Shown here one piece after another: positions 1-8,015 of a stretch of DNA of 32,000 bases. Location of the stretch: contig JAQVTI010000002.1 in assembly GCA_028700115.1 (NCBI GenBank), positions 49,821-81,820 of the forward strand, in the 5' to 3' direction. The position numbers and the translations under genes were made by a program. Position 1 is the first letter of the stretch. Each line of letters starts with the position of its first letter. The notes below the pieces were generated by a model that did no database searches, was not told the DNA's origin, and saw only the letters and a program-made list of their open reading frames with translations. The DNA comes from Candidatus Iainarchaeum sp. GTDB taxonomy: Archaea; Iainarchaeota; Iainarchaeia; Iainarchaeales; CSSED10-239.

Positions 1-4
1 ATTT

Positions 5-370
5 ATGTATGTTTTAACAAATATCAAATTATGGCTTCATTATACAGAAATTGAAAAAAGTTGTATAACTGAAACAAAAACAGGACTTTATTTTTATCCA
101 GAGTATGCAGGTTATTCTAGTGAGAAAGCACAAAAAGATGCAGAAACTAGAGTTTTTGAAAAAAAATTAAGTAATTTTTTAGATGATTGTGGGAATTTTA
201 GATCTATATCACTTCCATATATTGATTACATACCTATTTTAGATCAAATTATAAATGATTTAAATATTACAAAAGCACCTGCATTTTATTATAATGGTAA
301 AGTGTATTATGATGTTCCTGTAGACCCAACACAAGAATTTTATGATTCATTTGGATGTATTAAAAAATAA
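5..370 (+). CDS. C-terminal part of a possible thioredoxin/DsbA-fold protein, probably truncated by the window edge
   Basis: Open frame 121 aa reaching the window edge; C-terminal 'NITKAPAFYYNGKVY' resembles the cis-Pro segment of thioredoxin-fold proteins (x-P-x-h-h-h-x-G-K). No family assignment possible beyond that. Confidence 0.35.
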   Translation: MYVLTNIKLWLHYTEIEKSCITETKTGLYFYPEYAGYSSEKAQKDAETRVFEKKLSNFLDDCGNFRSISLPYIDYIPILDQIINDLNITKAPAFYYNGKVYYDVPVDPTQEFYDSFGCIKK

Positions 371-411
371 TATTTAACGAAAAATTGTTTTAAAATATTA
401 AAAAAAATATT

Positions 412-708
412 TTGTTATATATAGCTATTGGGGTTTTAGCTTTAATAATTTTAATATTATTATTTAGCTCGGGCTCAGATAGTTTAAATAAAAAAATCTA
501 TAAAAATTTAAATAAAAATGATTGGAAGATTTATGAAGATGAACAAATAAATCTTGCAATTGCTTATCCAAATTCTTTTTCTTATGAAAATTTAGAAAAT
601 TCAACAATTTTTCCAGATTCTCAAAAACCTGATTTTTATTATACATTTGATCCAATTGTTTTATATATTTATTTATTGTTTTCTATATTTTTTAAATTAT
701 TTTGTTAG
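412..708 (+). CDS. Short membrane-anchored protein, possibly the truncated 5' end of a longer lipoprotein/PsbP-like protein
   Basis: TTG start; N-terminal TM helix 'IAIGVLALIILILLF' then 'WKIYEDEQINLAIAYPNSFSYENL', like the start of 'W..Y.n...f.i.YP..f' domains; the reading then turns to low-complexity hydrophobic sequence. Confidence 0.3.
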   Translation: MLYIAIGVLALIILILLFSSGSDSLNKKIYKNLNKNDWKIYEDEQINLAIAYPNSFSYENLENSTIFPDSQKPDFYYTFDPIVLYIYLLFSIFFKLFC

Positions 709-724
709 ATAGGCATTAAGTTAA

Positions 725-943
725 ATATATTTAATAGATAATAGTTTTTGGGATGTTACAGTTTTAAATTATGGTTCTTCTGGAGCAGATAATTATGGTG
801 TAACTGGAAAAACTGCAACTGAATTAAAAACACTTGTAACATATAGTGATTGGAATATTTCTACAACACAAGGAGATAGTTCTGTTATTTGGTATATTGA
901 TGATGGAAATTATTATCCTCATTTACAATGGGAGTATCAATAA
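725..943 (+). pseudogene. C-terminal remnant of a GLUG-motif-type surface/adhesin protein
   Basis: Open frame without start codon: IYLIDNSFWDVTVLNYGSSGADNYGVTGKTATELKTLVTYSDWNISTTQGDSSVIWYIDDGNYYPHLQWEYQ*, matching the typical C-terminal 'N.sfWD......g....G.tt.elk....y..WdF......W.i..g..YP.L.W' pattern; preceded by TAA at 722-724 in frame. Confidence 0.55.
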
Positions 944-945
944 AT

Positions 946-1596
946 TTATTTTGTTTTATTTTTGAAATTACAAAATTTATTTATTTTACAATTTCTACAA
1001 ATTGGAGAAATAGGTTTGCATATGTTTTGGCCTAACATAACAAATAAATAATTAGTTTTATTCCATAAATCTTCTGGGATTTTTTTTCTTAAAACCATTT
1101 CTGTTTCTAAAGGATTTTCGGTTTTAATAAATTCTATTCTATTAAAAATTCTGTGAACATGCGTGTCTACACAAATACCTGGAAGATTAAAGGCAACTGA
1201 TCTTACAAGATTAGCTGTTTTTCTTCCAACTCCTGGAAGTTTAATTAAATCTTCAATTTCAGAAGGTATTTGTTCATTAAATTCGTTGTTAATTACTTCT
1301 GGTAATTTTTTTAGAAATTCTGCTTTTTGTTTATAGAAACCTACTGGGTATAATAATTTTTCTAATTTTTTAATTTCTATTTTTTCTAGGTCTTTAAAAT
1401 TTTTAATTTTTTTAAAAAGTTTATTACAAACCTTTGCAGTAGTTTCATCTTTTGTTCTAGCTGAAAGAATAGTTCCAATTAAAACAAAAAATGGTTTTTT
1501 TGTTTTAACTTGTATTTGTTCTGCAAGAGGTATTGTGTAATCTTTTAGACTTTCTTCTAAAATTTCATAAACTTCATATATGTCTTTTGAGTTCAT
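946..1596 (-). CDS. nth: Endonuclease III (DNA glycosylase/AP lyase)
   Basis: HhH motif 'LPGVGRKTANLVRSVAF', 'VDTHVHRI' and C-terminal [4Fe-4S] ligand set C-x6-C-x2-C-x5-C (CKPISPICRNCKINKFC). Confidence 0.95.
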   Translation of the reverse strand: MNSKDIYEVYEILEESLKDYTIPLAEQIQVKTKKPFFVLIGTILSARTKDETTAKVCNKLFKKIKNFKDLEKIEIKKLEKLLYPVGFYKQKAEFLKKLPEVINNEFNEQIPSEIEDLIKLPGVGRKTANLVRSVAFNLPGICVDTHVHRIFNRIEFIKTENPLETEMVLRKKIPEDLWNKTNYLFVMLGQNICKPISPICRNCKINKFCNFKNKTK

Positions 1597-1598
1597 TT

Positions 1599-2915
1599 CT
1601 AAATTAATTTTCTTTTATTTAGTTTTGCAAATGAAAATAAAGAACTTCCTGAAAATTTTTGTTCTTTAGAAAACTCGCAATTTTTATAAACATCCATTAT
1701 GTTTCCTGCAAAGTTTAAATTTGTAATTGTTTCTTTATATTTTCCATTCTCAATTACTTTTCCACTATTAATTACTAATGTAAATTCTCCTGTATCAATT
1801 TTATTAGTATGCATTCCAAGTATACTATAAACTAAAATTCCTTTTTTAGTTTTTGAAACTATATCTTCAATTGATTTTTTTCCAGGTTCTTGTAAAATAT
1901 TTGTGTGTCCTGTTAAGATTTGATTAATTAAAGTATTCCTAAATCCATTTCCAGTTGGTTTTTCTGAAAACTTAAGAGCATTTTCTTGATCGTATATTTC
2001 TTTTTTGAAAACTCCTTTTTCAAATATCTTTTTTCTTGAAGTTTTAAATCCTTCATCATCAATTGCTTGGCTTCCTAAAAAATAATCTAAAAAAGGTTCT
2101 TCGTATAAGCTAAGTTTTTCTGAAAAAATTTGTTTATTTTTTTTATCTAATAAATATGATCTTCCTTTTTTTATATCTTCTCCAATACTTGCTTCTAGTA
2201 AAAATTTACTTAGAATTTGTTTGTTAACCTCAGGAGTTAAAATTATATCATATTCTCCTTTTTTTCCTACTTTTGGAGATAATTGATTATATGCATTAAA
2301 TTTTGCTTGATTAAATACATTTTTTACATTTATATCTTTTTCTTTTGTAAAAGTTTGATAATGCCATCCATTTGAAGATTTATTATTTTTTTTTGTAACA
2401 ATGTAAGTTGATAAATCTATATATGAAGATTCTTGTTTATATGAGGTATATGGATTAAAATAACTTTCATATGAATTTATTTTATTTGCTTCACCTATAT
2501 AGTTTTTAAAATATTTTTCTTTAGTTAGATTTTTTTTAATTTCTGGAATTAGATCTCTTGCATTTAGGTCTTTTATGTCTTTGTCTTGTTTTATTTTTCT
2601 TTTAGAAGTTTGATTTCCAAAATCTGTAATTAAAGTTTTTGTTTTTAATTTAGAAATTTTTAAAGTTTTTCTAATAGCTTCAAGTATATTTTTTTTAGAA
2701 ATATCTGTAATTGTAGTATCTGCAATTTTTCCTTTATTAATTGTTCTTACAAATAGTCTTTGAGATTCTTTATTTTCTACTTTATTTATATCAAATTTTT
2801 CAAAATTTATATTTTCTGAGTTTATTTCTCTATACATTATTTCAACATGCTTGTCTTCTGCTAATTTTTTACAATAATTATAAATTTCTTCTTTATTCAT
2901 GTGTACTACCTCCAA
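1599..2915 (-). CDS. tldE: TldE/PmbA family protein (partner of the TldD metalloprotease)
   Basis: Domain layout of the TldD/PmbA family without the HExxxH motif; directly downstream of and overlapping the tldD frame on the same strand. Confidence 0.85.
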   Translation of the reverse strand: MEVVHMNKEEIYNYCKKLAEDKHVEIMYREINSENINFEKFDINKVENKESQRLFVRTINKGKIADTTITDISKKNILEAIRKTLKISKLKTKTLITDFGNQTSKRKIKQDKDIKDLNARDLIPEIKKNLTKEKYFKNYIGEANKINSYESYFNPYTSYKQESSYIDLSTYIVTKKNNKSSNGWHYQTFTKEKDINVKNVFNQAKFNAYNQLSPKVGKKGEYDIILTPEVNKQILSKFLLEASIGEDIKKGRSYLLDKKNKQIFSEKLSLYEEPFLDYFLGSQAIDDEGFKTSRKKIFEKGVFKKEIYDQENALKFSEKPTGNGFRNTLINQILTGHTNILQEPGKKSIEDIVSKTKKGILVYSILGMHTNKIDTGEFTLVINSGKVIENGKYKETITNLNFAGNIMDVYKNCEFSKEQKFSGSSLFSFAKLNKRKLI

Positions 2916-4260
2916 TTACAACATCTTTAATTTTCATGTATGGTCCAGAGTCATCTACATTTACTGATTGACCACCTTTTCCACAATATCCTGGTTCCCA
3001 TTCATATGTGTTTCCTATGTCTTGGATGTTGTTTAGGTATTTTAATATACTTCCAGAAATTGAAGCTTGTTTGAAGTTATCAATAACTTCTCCTTTTTCA
3101 TATTTTATAGCTTGTCTTATTCCAAACATAAAAGTTCCAACTGCAGGATCTACTTGTCCTCCAAAAGGTCTTTTTAATAGGTAACCTGTAAAGTCTTTTA
3201 ATAAGTCTTTATTTTTCTTAGTTCCTTTTTTAAAATAAGTATTACTCATTCTAACAATTGGAATGTATATGTAGCTTTGAGCTCTTGCAGATCCATTTGA
3301 TTTTTCTCCAAGAGTTGTTGCAGTTTCTATATCTTTTAGATATTCATTTACAACTCCATTTTTAATTAAATATTTTGGTCTTGATTTAAATCCTTCATCA
3401 TCATATGCAAAGTAACCATGTTTTTTAAGAGTAGGGTCATCTATTAAATTTATATTTTTATTTTTAGAAACAACTTGTCCCTTTCTTAAAACACTATCCT
3501 CTAAAACTATAGCATCAGCTTCACTAGAATGCCCTATTGCTTCATGAGCTAGAAGTCCAGAAGTTTCTGAATCAATAATTACATTTGATTTTATTGCTGG
3601 ACAAAGTTTAGCATTTATTTGTTTTTTTGAAAAATTGTAATTTTCATTTATTAATTTTGTGTAATCTGTTATATTATAAGTTTCAAGTCCACCCACATTT
3701 GCAAACTTTTGATAATTACTTTCTATTTTATTATCTTTTTTTAAATTTATAAAATTTGCAATTGTGCTTGTAGGTGTTTCTTGATATATGAATGAATAGG
3801 GGCTTACAAAGTATTTTTTTAAAATTTCCTCTTTTTTAAAAAGTTTTGTGTTTTTTACATATTCTTTTGAGAAATTTTCTGAATTAATTTTTTTAAGCTC
3901 TTTAACTTTTTTTTCAATATCTTTTTCTTCAAAATTTTTATATTTAAAAATAGCTTTTGCTTTATTTTTTGAAAAGTTTTCAAGATTTATTTTTTGAGTT
4001 ATCTTTTTTGTGTTTTCTATACATTCATTAATTATTTTTTTATAATTTTCAATTTTATTAGTTGAACAAAAACCAATTTTTTTATCTAAGTAAACTCTAA
4101 TACCAATTCCATTAATTTTTTCTTTTTTAATATCTTTTACATCTTTATTTTCTATTTCAATATAAGTTAGTTCTTTTTCTTCAATTCTAAAATCATAATA
4201 ATCTAAGTTTTTTGATTCAAGAAATTTTTTAATTTCATCAATTTTTTCTTCATAATTCAT
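2893..4260 (-). CDS. tldD: TldD family metalloprotease
   Basis: Zinc-binding motif 'HEAIGHSSEAD' (HExxxH), C-terminal 'GYCGKGGQSVNVDDSGPYMKIKDVVIGG' typical of TldD. Confidence 0.92.
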   Translation of the reverse strand: MNYEEKIDEIKKFLESKNLDYYDFRIEEKELTYIEIENKDVKDIKKEKINGIGIRVYLDKKIGFCSTNKIENYKKIINECIENTKKITQKINLENFSKNKAKAIFKYKNFEEKDIEKKVKELKKINSENFSKEYVKNTKLFKKEEILKKYFVSPYSFIYQETPTSTIANFINLKKDNKIESNYQKFANVGGLETYNITDYTKLINENYNFSKKQINAKLCPAIKSNVIIDSETSGLLAHEAIGHSSEADAIVLEDSVLRKGQVVSKNKNINLIDDPTLKKHGYFAYDDEGFKSRPKYLIKNGVVNEYLKDIETATTLGEKSNGSARAQSYIYIPIVRMSNTYFKKGTKKNKDLLKDFTGYLLKRPFGGQVDPAVGTFMFGIRQAIKYEKGEVIDNFKQASISGSILKYLNNIQDIGNTYEWEPGYCGKGGQSVNVDDSGPYMKIKDVVIGGSTHE

Positions 4261-4360
4261 ATTTTATCATTTTATAGATTTATATATATTATTTCTATTT
4301 TTTTAGTATTTATATTAATATAGAAATATTTATATTATATTTTATTATATATTTATATAT

Positions 4361-4440
4361 ATTATTTTTTTTTAATATAATTTATTTTTTTTTAAATATA
4401 ATTTATTTTTTTTTAAATATAATTTATTTTTTTAAATATA
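4361..4440. repeat. Tandem AT-rich repeat, about 4 copies of a 19-21 bp unit 'ATTTATTTTTTTTTAAATATA'
   Basis: Near-identical units at about 4361-4379, 4380-4400, 4401-4421 and 4422-4440, each ending in TATA-box-like TTTAAATATA (TTTAATATA in the first). Confidence 0.7.
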
Positions 4441-4509
4441 ATAAAATCTTTAAATAATTTTTTAAAAATAAAATAATATAATATATAATATTTTAATAAA
4501 TATGACGCT

Positions 4510-5031
4510 ATGACACAAAAAAAAATAACAGATTTTAAATATATTTCTAATAAAAAATATAGTTTTTCAAAATCTTTACTTTCTATTAAAAAAAATTCTT
4601 TTTTACATAATGTATATTATAGATTAATTGAAATTTCTATATTGTATAAATATAAAAATAGAATAAAATATGGTTTTATTTCATTAATAGGAGAATTTAC
4701 TGATATTTTTATTTTATTTATTTTAACTCATTTTTTTAATTTTTATTATTTATTTTCTGCATTAATCTCTTATTTTTGTGCAATTTTTATTAATTTTAAT
4801 TTAAATAAAAAATTCACATTTAAATATAATGAAAAAAATTTAAAAGAATATTTTTTATGTTTTCTAAAATATTTTTTAATTTCTATTGGTGGAATGATAA
4901 TTAATTTATCTCTTTTGGCATTTTTAGTAGAATTTTTTAGTATAAATTATTTAATTTCAAAATTAATTGTAAATATTATTGTTTTTATTTTTATATATAA
5001 AGGGCATTCTTTTGTTTTAAAATTAAATTAA
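4510..5031 (+). CDS. GtrA-like family membrane protein
   Basis: Four TM helices with 'KYGFISLIGEFTDIFILFILTHFFNFYYLFSALISYFCAIFINFNLNKKFTF', the characteristic GtrA pattern. Confidence 0.8.
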   Translation: MTQKKITDFKYISNKKYSFSKSLLSIKKNSFLHNVYYRLIEISILYKYKNRIKYGFISLIGEFTDIFILFILTHFFNFYYLFSALISYFCAIFINFNLNKKFTFKYNEKNLKEYFLCFLKYFLISIGGMIINLSLLAFLVEFFSINYLISKLIVNIIVFIFIYKGHSFVLKLN

Positions 5032-5047
5032 TATTTTTTTGATTTTT

Positions 5048-5101
5048 TATAATTTTGTTCTAATTTTGTCATAATTTTGTTATAATTTTGTTATAATTTT
5101 A
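5048..5101. repeat. Five tandem copies of the 11-bp motif (T/C)(A/C)TAATTTTGT upstream of the pilin gene
   Basis: TATAATTTTGT / TCTAATTTTGT / CATAATTTTGT / TATAATTTTGT / TATAATTTTA read directly from the sequence; exact 11-bp spacing. Confidence 0.75.
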
Positions 5102-5200
5102 ATTTATCTTAAAATTAAATAAATTATATACCTTTTTATTTCTTTCTATTTACATATTTTTTTATTTATTTATTATTAAAATAAAAAAGGTGATATAAAT

Positions 5201-5674
5201 ATGAATAAAAAAGCAATTTCACCACTTATTGCAACAGTTTTGTTAATTGTTGTTGCAGTTGCATTAATTGCAATTGTTTTAAGTTGGGGAAAATCATTTA
5301 CAACACAAGGACTTTCAGAAACTGGAAATGTAGTTGATACAACTTGTACTGGTGCTACTATTACTATTCCTTCATGTAGTGTTAAAGATGGGAATATAAT
5401 ATTTTATGTAACAAATAATAGTTCTACATATGATTTTGCAACATCAGATAATTTTGTATTTGATGTAACTAGTGATACTGGGGTTTATAATGCTGATAAT
5501 AATTTAAGTACATATACTTCAGAAGCATGGGCTGGATTATCAACAGGTGCAACTGTTCAAGTATCAGCATCTTTAACAACATTAGCTGTTACAGGAAATA
5601 GTTATGATGTTGCTGTAAGATCTTCTATTTGTTCTTCTGATGCAGTTTATACATTTAAGAATTGTCATAGTTAG
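5201..5674 (+). CDS. Archaeal type IV pilin/archaellin-like protein with class III signal peptide
   Basis: N-terminus MNKKAISPLIATVLLIVVAVALIAIVLSWG (charged n-region, short cleavage motif followed by ISPLIATVLLI hydrophobic helix); SD-like AAAAAGGTGAT 10-20 bp upstream. Confidence 0.88.
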   Translation: MNKKAISPLIATVLLIVVAVALIAIVLSWGKSFTTQGLSETGNVVDTTCTGATITIPSCSVKDGNIIFYVTNNSSTYDFATSDNFVFDVTSDTGVYNADNNLSTYTSEAWAGLSTGATVQVSASLTTLAVTGNSYDVAVRSSICSSDAVYTFKNCHS

Positions 5675-6244
5675 ATAATTCTTTTCTTTTTTTTTAATTA
5701 ATTTTATTGCCGGGCATATTCTTAAATATAAATTTAATGTAATATATTTATGGATTATAATTTTAATAAAAAAGCAATCTCACCATAAATTGCAACTGTT
5801 TTGTTAATTGTTGTTTGTGTTGCAATGGTTGTAATTATTTTAAACTGGGGAAAAATGTTTACACATGATAGTGTAAAAGTTATAGATTATGCTTCTTTTA
5901 CAGAATCTGATTTAGAAGGTTATGTTTTTGTAAAAAATATATTTGAATCAACTGATGGATCAGATAGTAAATTAATTTTAGATAATAGAAATAAATTAAA
6001 AGATGCAAATATAATTGCATATAAAATATTAGATTTAGACCCTTCTAAATCTGGAATTACAGATATTTATTATGAATATGATACTCCTGTTTTATTACAA
6101 CACGGGCATTCAAAAGATCTAAATGTTATTTGTTTTCCTTCAAATGAGTTTGATATTGAGTTTTATACATCTGATGAAAAATGTTTTAAAGTAAATGTTT
6201 TTGATTCATCTCTTTCTTGTCAATCTTGTTTAAATCTCCCATAT

Positions 6245-6721
6245 TGTGGAGATAGTTCTTGTAATGGAGATGAGACTGCAAACACATGTTATTCTGATTG
6301 TGGAAGTTGTGGAGATGGAATTTGTACATCTGGAGAAGAAAATATGACTTCTTGTTATACAGATTGTGGAACTTGTGGAGATGGAATTTGTACATTTGGA
6401 GAAGAAAATGCTACAACTTGTTATGATGATTGTGGTGAATGTGGAAATTCTATTTTAGAAGGACCAGAGACTTGTGATTCAGATACAGAAAGTTGTACAA
6501 CTTCTGTTTCAGGAATAACTTATGTTGGAACACATACTTGTTTAGGAGATTGTTCTGCATATGGAACTTGTACTACTACTAAATCTTGTGGAGATGGAAT
6601 TTGTCAAAACACAGGTGGAGATGGAGAAACTGTAAGTAATTGTGTAGTTGATTGTCATTCTTGTGGAGATGGTATTTGTAGTGATGGTTATGAAACTGAA
6701 GTTTCTTGCCCTGCAGACTGT
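6245..6721 (+). repeat. Cys-rich protein repeat array (CGDGxCxxGExxxxCxxDC), about 5-6 degenerate copies
   Basis: CGDSSCNGDETANTCYSDC, CGDGICTSGEENMTSCYTDC, CGDGICTFGEENATTCYDDC, (CGNSILEGPETCD...), CGDGICQNTGGDGETVSNCVVDC, CGDGICSDGYETEVSCPADC. Confidence 0.9.
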
Positions 6722-6916
6722 TTACAATATACTTGTAGTCTAGGAGATACAGATAATGGTGATGGAACTTGTACTGCTTTAATAGATGCAAGTTATGATA
6801 ATAGTTTAAAATATACCACTTCTAATTTTGATTATGATGCAACTACTGGAGTAGTTAATGGTGGTACTTATGTTTCTGTAGGTTCTTATGAATTTGGAGG
6901 TGCTGCCCCTGCATTA

Positions 6917-7312
6917 TGTGTTTTAGAAGACACTTTAATTAATGTTTTAAGAAATGATGAAGAAAAAGAAATGTTTGTTCAAGATGTTTTATTGTCTGAT
7001 TATATTTTATCTTGGGACTTTAATCAAAATGAATATATATATGTTCCTGTTTTACAAAAATTTAATAATACTATTAATGAATACTATATTATTAATAATA
7101 AATTAAAAGTTACTTCATTACATCCAATATATATTAAAGATAAAGGATTTATTTATCCAGAAGAAATTACATATAATGATTATTTATTAAATAGTAATGG
7201 TGATTTTGAGAAAGTAAATAGTGTTAAATTTGTTGAAAATGTAGATGAAAATATTTATAATTTTGAAACAGGAAATCATTTTTATTTTGCTAATGGTTAT
7301 TTAACACATAAT
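6917..7312 (+). other. Mini-intein/Hint domain (132 aa) within the surface protein
   Basis: N-terminal block 'CVLEDTLINV' with Cys1, 'VQDVLLSDYILSWD', block B 'VTSLHPIYI' (TxxH), 'IYNFETGNHFYFANGYLTHN' C-terminal blocks F/G ending His-Asn, followed by Pro. No endonuclease insertion. Confidence 0.88.
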
Positions 7313-7943
7313 CCAGCACCTATGTCTCCTTATTTATATTATATACATAGATCTTATTTCTTTTTTGATACTTCTTATATTTCTAGTTATGGAACTGTAA
7401 ATTCTGCAGATTTTAAATTTACTGTTAGTCAATATGATGAAATTACTAGTTATAGTTTTATTTTACAAAAAACAGATAATTCAACTTATCCTCATAATCC
7501 TTTACAAACTGGAGATTTTGATGAATCTTATTATAGTGGTAATTTAGGATCTATTTCAAATTCTAGTTTTGGTTCTCCTTCTATTGTTAGTTTAAATTCA
7601 ACAGGACTTACAGAAGTTACAAATAGTTTAGGAGATACTTTTAAATTTGTTTTAAGATCTGATTGTGATGTAGGTCATTCTTGTGATGATGAGCATAAAT
7701 TAGCTTATATTTATAGATATAATTCTGCAAATCCTCCTCAATTAGAAATAACTTATTCCCCTACATCTCAAGTATACTGTGGAAATGGTGTTGTTGAGAC
7801 AGGTGAAGATTGTGAATGTGGTGTGGGTGCTTTTGATATGGGTAATGTAGGGGAAAATAGTTGTGTAAATTATTCTTCTGATACTTGTATAAATTGTGTT
7901 TATACTGGTGGATTTGGTAATTAATAATATTTTTCTAATTTTT

Positions 7944-7971
7944 AAAAAACTTGTTTTAAAACAAGTTTTTT
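7944..7971 (+). terminator. Perfect 28-nt palindrome AAAAAACTTGTTTTAAAACAAGTTTTTT, putative terminator/hairpin 3' of the Hint gene
   Basis: Two perfectly complementary 14-nt arms followed by a T-run, 20 nt after the stop codon. Confidence 0.6.
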
Positions 7972-8015
7972 ATTAATGTCTATTTATATATTACATATTA
8001 TATATGTGATTATTT

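Larger units (their letters stand above)
5750..7924 (+). pseudogene. Class III signal peptide surface protein with Cys-rich CGDGxC repeats and Hint domain; frame interrupted by in-frame TAA at 5786-5788 (longest intact ORF starts at TTG 5801)
   Basis: ATG 5750 reads MDYNFNKKAISP*IATVLLIVVCVAMVVIILNWGKMFTH; the same frame is open from 5789 to 7924 (707 aa from TTG 5801). Signal peptide aligns with the 5201 gene on both sides of the stop. Confidence 0.75.

Noticed and set aside
464-655. Minus-strand ORF 464-655
   Set aside because: Antisense to ORF 412-708, low-complexity Asn/Leu/Phe translation.
2741-2971. Plus-strand ORF 2741-2971
   Set aside because: Antisense to the tldE/tldD junction, which has strong family motifs.
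4320-4500. Possible CRISPR or mobile-element terminal repeats in the AT tandem array
   Set aside because: Units are about 20 bp, contiguous without spacers, and pure A/T; no cas or transposase genes nearby.
6186-6791. Minus-strand ORFs 6186-6395 and 6579-6791 (His/Leu/Lys-rich)
   Set aside because: Pure antisense shadow of the Cys-rich CGDG repeat coding sequence; implausible composition, no RBS.
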